Source of the DNA: a virus
Reading direction: 5' to 3' (one strand)
Virus record (IMG/VR): IMGVR_UViG_3300028416_000485
Length of the DNA: 64,000 bases
Program-made: the position numbers and the translations under genes
Part shown: in pieces, positions 47,907-59,000 of the stretch
Numbering within the stretch: the first letter of the stretch is position 1
Layout of the letters: the number at the start of each line of letters is the position of its first letter
The notes under the pieces: generated by a model
What the model was told of the DNA's origin: nothing
The model's database searches: none
Seen by the model: the letters and a program-made list of their open reading frames with translations, nothing else

Positions 47907-50533
47907 AGGCAATCGACAGATTTGAAAGATTTGGAACACCGGTACACAACGGACAAGATTTTTTAAAGAATCATATTTTTAAAAAATATCCAGTTGTAAA
48001 AACTGACGACTATGAAAACTTAGAACAAGTTTGGACATCAGATTACGATTCCGATTATGTATGGATTGTTGATAAAAATATTGAAACATATAGTACATTT
48101 CCTTGGTTCTTCAAACCAAAAGTTGATGAAGAAGTTTGTATACATTCCTTTCCTTATGTGTTTGAAAAAAGTCGCAAAGTCAAAGATTGGAATAGAGTTA
48201 GACTAGTTCCAACTGCAAAGGGCGAATATACTGTTAATCAACACGCTTACATCTGCGGCCATTATGATCCTTATAAAGGAAAAAATAAGTTTGATATTTT
48301 TTATATTGGTGAGGATACAACAGTATTAAAAAATCTCGAAGCAAGAGGATTTGATGTACAGGTAGTTGATTCAATAAACGCAGCTAAACAAAATAGTTTT
48401 ACTGATATGTTCTGGGTAGTTTATGATGATACAGAAGTAAGAGAAACATTTAAATTTAGCTACAAACCAGACGAATGGAGTTTCAATATTCCTCATGTGT
48501 TTGGAAATGGAGATATTGACACACTAGATGGTATTGTACTTTGTCCTAAATCTTGCGAGTTAACAGACAAAGAAATCAAACATAGGTTTTTTGTTAACAA
48601 AAAAGAAGTAAGAATATTAGCAAGTAATCCAAGACAATATGATAAGTTTATTATTAACAACTACCAAGATTATACATATGCAGCTGAAGTTTCAACAACT
48701 AATATGTTTTGGGGGCATTCAGATAATATTGTTATTGATGAAAAGTTTGAGTTTGATTATTACATTAGTCATCATAGTAGTGAACAAAAATCAAATCATG
48801 CTTGGCTAAACGGAAACAAATACGACGGCGTATTTTTGTTTAGCAAGCAAGCACTAGTAAGCAAAGAAGAAATAGAGCACAAAGAACTAAAACAAAAGAT
48901 TGATCATGATGTTGTAGCAAGTGGTCCGAAGGATTATGAAAAGTTTATAATCGAAAACTATGAACAATATAAAAGTGCATTTCACAGTTGCGGTAGTGAT
49001 ATGATGTGGCTAATACCCTATGATGTAGAGCCGTTGGATGATTTTGCATGGGATAGTTATTTCCATAACCAAGATTCTTTTGATAGATCGACAAATCATG
49101 TATTTTTAAATGGTGTTGATTATGATGGCATTGCATTATTGAACACTATAGATCTTATATCTGAAAAAGAGTTTGATCATAGATTTTATGTTAATAAGAA
49201 AGAACATGCAGTTGTAGCAAGTAATCCAAAAAAATATAAAAAGTTTACAGTTAACAACTACGAAGATTACACAAATGCATTATACAACGCTGACACTGAA
49301 ATGTTTTGGGGAGTACCTACTGATGTTAACATAGCTAAAGGTTTTGATTTTAGTTTGTATTTTAGTCATCAAAACACATTCGATCGAAATATTAATCATG
49401 TGTTTTTAAATGGCGATAACTACGACGGTGTTGTATTATATAGCAAAAACGTATTAGTAAGTGAAAAAGAAATAGAACATCGGTTTCTTATAAAAAAGAA
49501 AGAATATGAAGTTGTAGCAAGTACACCAAAACAATATCCGACATATACAGTAAACGATTATCAGGATTATTTAGAAGCAAAAGAAAACTGCAATACAGAT
49601 ATGTTCTGGATTGTAAACGATTCGTTTTTACCTAATGATGACTTTGATTGGAACTTTTATATCAGTCATCATAATCAGTACGAACGTAAAATAAATCACG
49701 TTTGGAAAAATGGTGATTTTTATGACGGCATTGCATTAGTTAGTAAACAACTAAACATCAGTCAAAGAGAGATTGATTATAGATTCTTTGTTAACAAAAA
49801 AGAATACGACGAAGTTGGTAGTATACCCAAGCCTTATGACATTGTGTTTATTAGTAATGGCGAACCAAATGCTGACAATAACTACAACGAACTAAAAGAA
49901 AAATATCCAAGAGCCAAGAGAGTAATGGATATTAAAGGCATTCATGCAGCACATAAACGTGCAGCAGAGCTAGTTGAAACAGAAATGTTTTGGGTTGTTG
50001 ACGGTGATGCTGAAGTTATAGATGATTTTGATTTTAGTTATTATGTTCCGGCCTATGACATTGACAGCAAGGATACTGTTCATGTGTGGAGAAGTTATAA
50101 TCCAGTAAACGGGCTAGTGTACGGCTACGGTGGCGTTAAACTATTACCTACAAGATTAACAAGGAATCTTGACGAAACTACAACTGATATGACCACTAGT
50201 ATCAGTGACAAGTTTAAGGGTATAGACAAAATGAGTAATACTACAGCATTCAACACTGATGCATTTAGTGCATGGCGAAGTGGATTTAGAGAATGCTGTA
50301 AACTTGCTAGTCGTACTATTGCTAGACAAAAAGATGACGAGACTGAGTTTAGATTAGATGCATGGTGTACACGAGGTGACGATAAGCCTTTTGGAAAAGC
50401 AGCAATAGCTGGAGCAAAAGCAGGCAGAGCTTTTGGAGAAGACAACAAAGGCAATGCACAAGAGCTGGTAAAAATTAATGATTTTGAATGGCTTAAGAAT
50501 CAGTTTGAGACATTATATCTACCAAGCGTATAA
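47903..50533 (+). CDS. Multi-repeat glycosyltransferase-like protein (6 degenerate ~100-aa units plus a C-terminal DxD-containing domain)
   Basis: Repeated MFW/MMW...NHVFLNG..YDG..L...KEI.HRF..KKE units; final domain MFWVVDGD, YGYGGVKL, AWRSGFREC.KL. Confidence 0.7.
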   Translation: MKAIDRFERFGTPVHNGQDFLKNHIFKKYPVVKTDDYENLEQVWTSDYDSDYVWIVDKNIETYSTFPWFFKPKVDEEVCIHSFPYVFEKSRKVKDWNRVRLVPTAKGEYTVNQHAYICGHYDPYKGKNKFDIFYIGEDTTVLKNLEARGFDVQVVDSINAAKQNSFTDMFWVVYDDTEVRETFKFSYKPDEWSFNIPHVFGNGDIDTLDGIVLCPKSCELTDKEIKHRFFVNKKEVRILASNPRQYDKFIINNYQDYTYAAEVSTTNMFWGHSDNIVIDEKFEFDYYISHHSSEQKSNHAWLNGNKYDGVFLFSKQALVSKEEIEHKELKQKIDHDVVASGPKDYEKFIIENYEQYKSAFHSCGSDMMWLIPYDVEPLDDFAWDSYFHNQDSFDRSTNHVFLNGVDYDGIALLNTIDLISEKEFDHRFYVNKKEHAVVASNPKKYKKFTVNNYEDYTNALYNADTEMFWGVPTDVNIAKGFDFSLYFSHQNTFDRNINHVFLNGDNYDGVVLYSKNVLVSEKEIEHRFLIKKKEYEVVASTPKQYPTYTVNDYQDYLEAKENCNTDMFWIVNDSFLPNDDFDWNFYISHHNQYERKINHVWKNGDFYDGIALVSKQLNISQREIDYRFFVNKKEYDEVGSIPKPYDIVFISNGEPNADNNYNELKEKYPRAKRVMDIKGIHAAHKRAAELVETEMFWVVDGDAEVIDDFDFSYYVPAYDIDSKDTVHVWRSYNPVNGLVYGYGGVKLLPTRLTRNLDETTTDMTTSISDKFKGIDKMSNTTAFNTDAFSAWRSGFRECCKLASRTIARQKDDETEFRLDAWCTRGDDKPFGKAAIAGAKAGRAFGEDNKGNAQELVKINDFEWLKNQFETLYLPSV

Positions 50534-50939
50534 CTGTATCTAGTTTTACTTGATTAGGCTTGCTTCTTAATGTATTACTCAGTCCGTTGTGCAAAGGCTT
50601 TGGCCACTTTCCAAATGTTACCCAAGCATATCCGTTGTGTTCATTATTTAATTCTGGAATAAATTCACAATCAACTACACAAAGATATGTATGAAAGCTA
50701 AAGTGATTATCACTGCTTATAAATGTTTCTAACGGTATTGTTTTTCTAATACTTGGAAGATTGCCTATTTCTTCTATTATTTCTCGTTGTAGACCTTCCC
50801 ACGGTGTTTCAATACCTTCATTGGTGCCACCAACCAATCCCCAAAGATTTTTTGTCTTTCCTTTAGTACGATGTAAAAATAAAAATCTCTTAGTGTTAAG
50901 ACTATAGAATAACGCACCACTACAAATTATTTTGTTCAT
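50493..50939 (-). CDS. Nudix hydrolase
   Basis: GGTNEGIETPWEGLQREIIEEIG Nudix box; start revised to ATG 50939 (MNKIICSGAL). Confidence 0.85.
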   Translation of the reverse strand: MNKIICSGALFYSLNTKRFLFLHRTKGKTKNLWGLVGGTNEGIETPWEGLQREIIEEIGNLPSIRKTIPLETFISSDNHFSFHTYLCVVDCEFIPELNNEHNGYAWVTFGKWPKPLHNGLSNTLRSKPNQVKLDTVIRLVDIMSQTDS

Positions 50940-50952
50940 ACAAATACTTATT

Positions 50953-52656
50953 TTATAATATAATAGTCCAAGTGCCTCGTGGATAATATCCATCAACAGC
51001 ACTTTGCCAGTAGTATCCATTCCAGTAAAATTGTTGACCAGTAGTTACATTAGTAACATATGTAGTTACATTATTGTCACTGGAGTTCCAAATAGTAATC
51101 CATTTAGATCCGTCCCATTCAACTATATCATTTGCATCAGCTGAGAAATCTGTATTATCTGTATTTTTCCAAGCCTCTGGACCTTTTTCGTTTAAGTTTA
51201 GTACATACGATACAGTATCATCAATGCTGTATGCTGTAGCTAGATTTATAACAAACTTATCGTCTATATTTGCTTTTGTTGCTGCTACTGGTGATCCGTT
51301 TACAAATACTTCAAAAGTTGTAACACGTTCGTCACCTGCTCTATCAGCTAACTCACTAGTAGCAATAGTAAAGTTAATATCGGTGTCGATTCTATTACTA
51401 CTAGTAGTAGCTTTAAAACTTCGTTCAACTTTATATCCTATTGGTCCTAACAATAATAATCTAGTACCAACTGTTTTAGTTGTTAAAGGATTAAAAGTTA
51501 TAGGATTTATAATACCGTCTATAGTTCCGTCAGTTTTAGTCGGACCTTCTATGATAGTATTAGAAGGTAATGTATCCTCGTCCCAATCTATAATCATTGT
51601 ATGAGTATCGTCATCTGGAATATTAAATGTGCCGACAATTTCGCCGCTAAGTTCTGCTCTACGTAATCTTATTTGACTTATGTTAGGTTGATATTTTGCT
51701 GGTAGTTCTGCTTCTATAACATTTAGCCAACTAATATCTCCTACTCGTAGTGCTTTGTTTTTAGCTAGTTTTGCCTCGTCATCGTCAACTATAAGATCAA
51801 AATCTCTATAACTTGTTACTAGAGGGTTGTTTAAATCTAAACCTGTGCCGCTTACACTTGAAGTACTAGTAATGCCAACATTTCCTGCATTAACAACAGT
51901 ACCATCTGGTAATACGGTAACTCCGCTTGATACAGCCTGATCGCCTGATGTTGGAGGATTAAATCCGTCAAGACTTAGCGTTCCTGTATCTTGACTGTAA
52001 ACACCAGTAATAATATCTGTTATGATACCTAGTTTTTTAACTTTACTAGGAGGTGAAATATATATTGGTGCTGTAAATCCTAATGTAGCAACATCAATAT
52101 CATCTTGTGTTCCTACAGGAATAGTTCTACTGCTAAAGTTAATATCTTCTAAATATAATGCACTCAAACTAGTCCAGTCTACATAGTTGTCAGATGTTTG
52201 AAACTCCAAGTCAGGATTAAACAACATAAAAATTTGTTCAAGTATTTGCAGTTTTTGATCAGTACTTGTTGACCATACATCAACATTAACACTTAATGTA
52301 TACGGAGTTGGGTGCAATCTTTCAACTGTATATCCTTTAGCTTGTTGTGCTACGTAACTACTAGTGCTTTCGTCAAATGCTTTTTCTCTAAGATTAATTT
52401 TACTAACATAACTGCTATCACTCAAACGCGATCTGTCCATTTGTAAACTAGTAACATATACACCCATCCTAGGAGCACTCGGTAGTTTGTTGTCACTGTT
52501 TTCTCTAATGATACTACCTACTTGTCGTGTAATATCTCCATACAACACCGGAACTACTTTGATATCGCCTTCGCCGTCACGATAACTAAAGTTACTAAAT
52601 GCTCTTACTATTTGTGTTATGTACCGTCTTATTTGTCCGTCATAAAAGTATTGCAT
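50953..52656 (-). CDS. gp15: Tail terminator / sheath stabiliser gp15-like with C-terminal extension
   Basis: MQYFYDGQIRRY..Q..RAFSN, VPV.YG, P.PY.L...VDVW......QILEQI...FNP. Confidence 0.8.
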   Translation of the reverse strand: MQYFYDGQIRRYITQIVRAFSNFSYRDGEGDIKVVPVLYGDITRQVGSIIRENSDNKLPSAPRMGVYVTSLQMDRSRLSDSSYVSKINLREKAFDESTSSYVAQQAKGYTVERLHPTPYTLSVNVDVWSTSTDQKLQILEQIFMLFNPDLEFQTSDNYVDWTSLSALYLEDINFSSRTIPVGTQDDIDVATLGFTAPIYISPPSKVKKLGIITDIITGVYSQDTGTLSLDGFNPPTSGDQAVSSGVTVLPDGTVVNAGNVGITSTSSVSGTGLDLNNPLVTSYRDFDLIVDDDEAKLAKNKALRVGDISWLNVIEAELPAKYQPNISQIRLRRAELSGEIVGTFNIPDDDTHTMIIDWDEDTLPSNTIIEGPTKTDGTIDGIINPITFNPLTTKTVGTRLLLLGPIGYKVERSFKATTSSNRIDTDINFTIATSELADRAGDERVTTFEVFVNGSPVAATKANIDDKFVINLATAYSIDDTVSYVLNLNEKGPEAWKNTDNTDFSADANDIVEWDGSKWITIWNSSDNNVTTYVTNVTTGQQFYWNGYYWQSAVDGYYPRGTWTIIL

Positions 52657-53810
52657 TAGTCACCTGCCTTTGCTCTAAGAGCTTTACTAAGAGCTTGTCT
52701 TTCGACTACATCTTCACCGCTAATAGTATTTACAGTTACATTGTTTATAAACGTTCCTTTTAGAGTATCACGTCCACTAGTTTGTGTAAGGGTAGTTCTA
52801 ACAGCGTCTTCAATTTTACGCCAGCTATTGCCGTCATATCTAAATAATCTATTAGGAGACAAGTCAATTCTTAAAAAATAATCTCCACTATCTGCTTCGC
52901 TAGGAAATCCAATTCCTTGTCCGTATGGTGCTCCGTTTGGAGGAATACCATCGCCTACTAAGTATCCTTGATATCCATTGCCATCAGGAGTAACAAATAC
53001 AGTGTCTGCTGTTATCTGATCATCGGCTAATAAACTGTCATAGTCAGTACTAACGATTTCAATTTCGCCTGAGTCACCTAACTGTAGTGTATAGAACTGT
53101 ATAGTAGAATACCCACTAAGTGGAACATCAACTTCTGCTTGTGCAATAACAGCTTCGTTGATTTGCATTTCTTTTTCGTATGTACTAAGTACATCTCTAA
53201 GTGTATCAGCACTGCCTTCTTCTGCAGGCAAATCTAAAATATCTTTGTATTCTTGCGAATCTAGTATTTGCTTTGCACGTAATCTATACAAATGTGGATA
53301 CCAAGTTTGACTAAATCCTTCTGCTGCCCGTGTTACTTCGTCTACAACGTAAAAACGTTTTAGTGCAACATTGTAATCATTAGCAGCATACTCGTCTATC
53401 ATGTGTGGTAGTTCTATTACATCGCCTGCCATAATTTTTCTGCCTAGCGTTTTTACACTACTATTAATATGTATGGTCATAAACAATGTGTCGTTTTGTA
53501 AAAACAATCCAAACTGACTTAGATCAAAGTCTTGATCTTGTAGGTTGTAATGTCCTCTAATGGTGTAAATGTCTTTGTCGTATTTGCGATCTCTGTTTTC
53601 TAAAAATAACAAGTCTTGAATGTTGGTTTCTTTAACAACATCGTAAACAGGTTGTTCAGCAGTTGCATCATCTTCTAATGTATTCTTTGGACCAAGATAT
53701 TTGTGTATATTAAAATCTGTTCCTCCTACAGTAAATTGTTCATAGACAATGCCGTCTAGGAAGGAATAGTCTTTTGTTTTTTGCGGTCTATATAAACTAA
53801 GTCTTGGCAT
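52656..53810 (-). CDS. gp14: Neck protein gp14-like
   Basis: DLSQFGLFLQND.L, GDVIELP, synteny with gp13/gp15; start revised to MPRLSLY at 53810. Confidence 0.7.
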   Translation of the reverse strand: MPRLSLYRPQKTKDYSFLDGIVYEQFTVGGTDFNIHKYLGPKNTLEDDATAEQPVYDVVKETNIQDLLFLENRDRKYDKDIYTIRGHYNLQDQDFDLSQFGLFLQNDTLFMTIHINSSVKTLGRKIMAGDVIELPHMIDEYAANDYNVALKRFYVVDEVTRAAEGFSQTWYPHLYRLRAKQILDSQEYKDILDLPAEEGSADTLRDVLSTYEKEMQINEAVIAQAEVDVPLSGYSTIQFYTLQLGDSGEIEIVSTDYDSLLADDQITADTVFVTPDGNGYQGYLVGDGIPPNGAPYGQGIGFPSEADSGDYFLRIDLSPNRLFRYDGNSWRKIEDAVRTTLTQTSGRDTLKGTFINNVTVNTISGEDVVERQALSKALRAKAGD

Positions 53811-53815
53811 ATGTA

Positions 53816-53830
53816 TATTTAGCATAAATA
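53816..53830. promoter_or_regulatory. Back-to-back divergent late promoters (GCTAAATA -, CATAAATA +)
   Basis: TATTTAGC and CATAAATA share base 53823 in the 36-nt gp14/gp13 intergenic gap. Confidence 0.65.
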
Positions 53831-53846
53831 CTATTGGAGACAAACA

Positions 53847-54605
53847 ATGGCTGAACTTACAACACAAAAACAAGAAGTATTTGATTACGTAACTGCATTT
53901 TTAGGCGGAGGCATGATAGATGTTGAACTTGATCCTATACACTATGAAACTGCACTAGGAAAAGCAACTGCACGATACAGACAACGCAGTGAAAACAGTG
54001 TTGAAGAAAGTTACATTACTCTTGCACTAACAGAAGATGTTAATGCATACACACTCCCTAATGAAATAATAGAAGTACGTAAAGTACATAGACGTAGCGT
54101 AGGAAGTAGATTAGGCGGCAATAGTGGTGGAACAACCTTTGAACCATTTAACCTTGCTTATACAAACACATACTTGTTAGCAGGTAGTGGCATTGGCGGC
54201 CTTGCTACATATGATTTCTTTGCTCAACAACAAGAACTAGTAGGAAGAATGTTTGGTAGTTTTATCGAATTTGTTTGGAACACTAGTACAAAAAAACTAA
54301 CTATATTAACAAGACCAAGAGCTGAGGAAGAAGTATTGCTATATTGTTATAATCACAGACCTGACTTTGAGTTGTACAAAGACTACAAAGCATTTCAGTG
54401 GATTAAAGAATATACTCTTGCCAACTGTAAATATATGTTAGGTGAAGCACGTAGTAAGTTTGCTACTATTGCTGGACCAGGTGGCGGAACTACGCTAAAT
54501 GGTGATACGTTAAAATCCGAAGCTCAACAGGAAATGGAAAAACTTGACAACGACTTGGCTATGTCTGTTGCAGGTGGTGTTGGCTACGGATTTTTAATTG
54601 GATAA
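53847..54605 (+). CDS. gp13: Neck protein gp13
   Basis: LGGGMIDVELD, WIKEYTLA..K..LGEARSKF..I.GPGG..TLNG..LK.EA..E.EKL. Confidence 0.85.
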   Translation: MAELTTQKQEVFDYVTAFLGGGMIDVELDPIHYETALGKATARYRQRSENSVEESYITLALTEDVNAYTLPNEIIEVRKVHRRSVGSRLGGNSGGTTFEPFNLAYTNTYLLAGSGIGGLATYDFFAQQQELVGRMFGSFIEFVWNTSTKKLTILTRPRAEEEVLLYCYNHRPDFELYKDYKAFQWIKEYTLANCKYMLGEARSKFATIAGPGGGTTLNGDTLKSEAQQEMEKLDNDLAMSVAGGVGYGFLIG

Positions 54606-55425
54606 TAAATTTAATAATATCAAAAAAGTAATAGCAGGTGGTTGTAGTTTTACAGCAGGCTCTGAACTTGCTGACGAGTCTTGGGATCGCAATCATAAAG
54701 GAATATGCTACGAGTTGAGTCATACAGCATGGCCAAACTTGCTTCAACAAAAAATGTTTACTAATGCAACAGTTGATAATACTGCTGTACCAGGTGCTGA
54801 TTATGGAAGTATAGTTAGACGTATAATATACCAAACCCGCCGCCAATTAAAAATACACAAGCCAGAAGATATTGTTGTAGTTGTAATGTGGACAAGTATT
54901 TTACGTAGAGAATATCCTAGTATATATCCTACAGGCAGAAAAATAAAAACTCATGAAGATAGATTTTTAACTTCATTGCCATCAGACGGCGACGGCAAAA
55001 CTAAAGGTTATTCAAATGCAATGTTGTACATGAGAAGACAAATGTGGGCGTCAGAACATCTAACACGAACAAACGTAGAGTTTTATGCTAGGCGTGACAC
55101 GCACGATAATCATGTATATTATCCACTACAGCAACTTGAATATTTAACAAACTGGCTCGAGAATCATAATATTAAATATTTTTTTACATCGGCGTTTAAC
55201 GATATACAACCAGAGTTATTAAATCAAGATAATATTTTTTTACAAGACATGGTTGGAAGATTAAATCTTCCTAATAATATACACACCGAAGATAGCCTTG
55301 GATTTTACGATTGGGCAACAAAGTTTAAATACGAAAAAGGAAAAGAATCAGAACATCCTCTCGAACAAGCACACAACGATTGGGCAGATCTTTTTTCAAA
55401 ATGGATATTGACAAAATGTAAATAG
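54598..55425 (+). CDS. SGNH/GDSL-hydrolase-like hypothetical protein
   Basis: GGCSFTAG (block I), N.AVPG (block II), HPLEQAH..WA (block V). Confidence 0.55.
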   Translation: MDNKFNNIKKVIAGGCSFTAGSELADESWDRNHKGICYELSHTAWPNLLQQKMFTNATVDNTAVPGADYGSIVRRIIYQTRRQLKIHKPEDIVVVVMWTSILRREYPSIYPTGRKIKTHEDRFLTSLPSDGDGKTKGYSNAMLYMRRQMWASEHLTRTNVEFYARRDTHDNHVYYPLQQLEYLTNWLENHNIKYFFTSAFNDIQPELLNQDNIFLQDMVGRLNLPNNIHTEDSLGFYDWATKFKYEKGKESEHPLEQAHNDWADLFSKWILTKCK

Positions 55426-55436
55426 TATGTTACATT
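55408..55436 (+). promoter_or_regulatory. Sigma70-type promoter, leaderless arrangement
   Basis: TTGACA-17nt-TACATT; ATG 7 nt downstream with no SD. Confidence 0.65.
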
Positions 55437-55442
55437 TAAATT

Positions 55443-55943
55443 ATGAAAAAGAAGTTATTAGTAATAGGCCATGGAAGACATGGTAAAGACACTGTATGCG
55501 AAATTCTGCGAGACGAGTACGGTTATACATTTGAAAGCAGCAGTAAGTTTTGCTCAAAGTTGTTCATCTATGATAACTTAAAGGACAAATATGGATACGC
55601 TAATGAAGAAGAGTGTTATGCTGACAGGCATAACCACAGAGCAGAATGGTATGATGCTATCTGCGATTATAATGTTCCTGATGCAGCGACTCTAGGTAGA
55701 GAAATGTTTGATGCCTATGATATCTATTGTGGGCTACGCAACAAACGTGAATTCTTTGCAATGCAAAACACAGGTGTATTTGATTACTGTATCTGGGTTG
55801 ATCGCAGCAAATACCTGATGCCTGAGTCAAAAGACAGCATGAGTCTTGAACAATGGATGGCAGATTTTACTATAGACAACAACGGAACGTTGGATGATCT
55901 TTGGTTTAATATTAGACAGCTAATGAGTTATATACATACTTAA
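55443..55943 (+). CDS. Deoxynucleoside monophosphate kinase-like P-loop protein (gp1-like)
   Basis: IGHGRHGKDTV P-loop, GLR..RE, ADFTIDNNGTL.DL. Confidence 0.7.
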   Translation: MKKKLLVIGHGRHGKDTVCEILRDEYGYTFESSSKFCSKLFIYDNLKDKYGYANEEECYADRHNHRAEWYDAICDYNVPDAATLGREMFDAYDIYCGLRNKREFFAMQNTGVFDYCIWVDRSKYLMPESKDSMSLEQWMADFTIDNNGTLDDLWFNIRQLMSYIHT

Positions 55944-55975
55944 CCCCTAAAAACCGCCTTTTTTACCGGTGATCT

Positions 55976-55983
55976 GCTAAATA
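55976..55983 (+). promoter_or_regulatory. Late promoter GCTAAATA
   Basis: TAAATA core upstream of sheath RBS AGGAG. Confidence 0.6.
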
Positions 55984-56018
55984 CTTGTAAGTGAAACACT
56001 TTACAGGAGAAAATTAAA

Positions 56019-59000
56019 ATGGCATTAACTTCACCAGGTGTAGAGGTCAGCGTTATTGATGAGAGTTTTTACACTCCAGCAGAACCAGGCACAGTACCTA
56101 TAATATTTGTCGCAACAGGCGAAAATAAACTAAACGGCGCAGGAACTGGTATTGCACCAGGAACTCAAAAAGCCAATGCAGGTAAACCATACCTACTAAC
56201 ATCGCAGCGAGATCTAGTAGATACATTTGGCGATCCTACATTTTATACAGATGCTAACAACAATCCTATTCATGGCGGAGAGCAAAATGAATACGGACTT
56301 CAAGCAGCATATTCATACCTAGGCGTAAGCAATAGAGCATATGTAGTAAGAGCAGATATTGACCTTACAGCGATATCAGCTAGTTCAACGCCAACTACTG
56401 CAAATCCTGCAGATGGTACTTATTGGTTAGATACTCAAGTAACAAAGTTTGGTATCTTTGAATGGAACGGTAGTGCGCAGTCAGCGACTAATAAAGTTGG
56501 TCAAACATTTACTAACAAAACACCAACTGTTATTACCGATGCAACACAAACATCAGGTTCATCTCCTTATGCTCCAAAACAATCAGTTGGCGCTATTGGC
56601 GATTACGCAGTTGTAGCTGTTTCAACTATTATACGTACATGGTATAAAAACACAACAGGTGCATGGGTAGAAGTAGGCAGTGCAAACTGGAAAGGCAGTT
56701 GGCCTTCAGTAACAGGTACAGCAGGTACACCGACATTTACAGCAAGTAATACTATTACTATTGGATCTGCAGAAGGTCTTAGTGTAACAGTTGTACTATC
56801 TGGAACTAGTCTTGCTTCAACAGTAAGTGATATTAATACAGCATTAGGTGCTGTTGGAATCACTGCAGAAGCAATAGATAACAGATTAGCATTTAAAAAT
56901 ACTGGTGCAACACATTCTAACATCGTTCTTGGTAACGGTACAGGAACACCACTAACTGATGCAGGTATTGTTGCTGGAACATATTATCCACCAGCACATC
57001 AAGCAACTGCTCACACAAGTGTTCCAGAATGGAAAACAGCAGATTCAGCATCACGTCCAACAGGAAGTGTATGGGTTAAAACAACTACACCAAACAGTGG
57101 TGCAGATTGGAAAACAAAAGTATGGAATGGTTCAACTGAACTATGGGATGCAGTAAGCACACCGATTTATACTTCAAACTCAGCAGCATTAGCTGGCTTA
57201 GATAAAACAGGTGGCGGCGCAAACTTAACAACGCTTAATGTTTATGCAATGGCAAATGTTACAGAAAATGCAACAAACCTAGCTAACTTTACTCTTTTCA
57301 AACGTAATGCTAATGGCGCAACAACTATTACTAGTGGTGTAGTCGACAGTACTACATTTACAAGTGGTACTAATGATTTTACTATTAGTGAAACAGTAAA
57401 AGGAAGCGCAACATTAAGTACACCAGTAACTATTTCATTTAGTGCAACAGGTGCTACAACTGATGCAGAGTTAATGGCAGCAGCTATTAATACAGCAGGA
57501 TTAACTAATGTTACTGCTAGTGTTGATTCAACTAATAGAGTTGTAGTATCACATGCTATTGGTGGCGACATTAGATTTGTAGATGGTGCAAACACACCAT
57601 TAGCTGACGCATTTACTGCTTGGAACTACTCAACAAAATCAGGAACTGTAAACTTTTATGATAGTCCAAACGGGTTGTCAGGTGCATATATTGCAACACT
57701 TTGGAAAGAACTAACTTATACAGCAAGTAATGATGCTCCAACTGCTCTTGCAGCTGACGGCGCATTATGGTATAGTAGTGTTGTTGATGAAGTTGACATT
57801 ATGGTACACGATGGCGATAAGTGGGTTGGATATTTGAATACTGATTCACCGTATTACGATGTTACACCTGGAAATGCTCCAGACGCAAGCGGTCCAATCG
57901 TTGCTGCATCTGAACCAGTTGATGGCGACCGTGCAGATGGTGGCAATCTTGTAACTGGCGATATTTGGGTTAGTACAGCAGATTTAGAAAACTTCCCAAG
58001 AATCTATCGTTGGAATAATACACTAAACAGTTGGGTTGAACTTGATACAACAGATCAAACAACTGAAAACGGTGTACTATTTGCAGATGCACGTTACAAC
58101 ACAGCAGGTGCAAACAGCAGTACTGAAGGCGATATTGTTGACATGATTACTAGTAACTATGTCGATGTAGATTGTCCAGATCCAGCACTATATCCAAAAG
58201 GTATGTTGCTATGGAACCTACGTAGAAGCGGATTCAACGTTAAACGCTTTGAGCGTAACTATGTCGACTTAGCAGCAGACAACGAACGCTTTGGCGACGA
58301 ATCAATGTCAGCATATTATCCACACCGTTGGGTTACAGAATCAGCTAACGAAGCAGATGGATCTGGTAGCTTTGGTCGTAAAGCACAGCGTAAAGTTGTA
58401 GTACAAAAACTACAAGCAATGCTAAACGAAAATCAAGATATTCGTGACAATGAATCACGTATCTTTAACTTGATGTCAACACCAGGTTATCCAGAGCTAA
58501 TCGGAGAAATGATTACACTAAACTATGACAGAGGCCTAACAGCATTTGTTATTGGTGATTCACCTTTCCGTTTAACACCGGATGCAACTTCACTTAACGA
58601 ATGGGCAACCAACGTTAATACAGTTGTTGAAGATAATGACAACGGACTTGTAAGTAGAGATGAATACTTAGGTGTTTATTATCCAAGTGGTTTCACAAGC
58701 GATAATGCAGGTAACAATGTTGTTGTTCCAGCATCGCATATGGTACTACGTACATTTGCACTTAATGACCAAGTTGCTTATCCATGGTTTGCACCAGCAG
58801 GTACAAGACGTGGCGGAGTTACAAACGCAACTTCAACAGGTTACATTAGTAACGAAGGCGAATTTGTTGCATCAGCACTAAACGAAGGACAGCGAGATAC
58901 ATTGTATCAAAACAACGTTAACCCTATTACATTCTTAACAGGTGCAGGGCTAGTTGTATTTGGACAAAAAACTCGTGCAAGAAATGCAAGTGCTCTTGAT

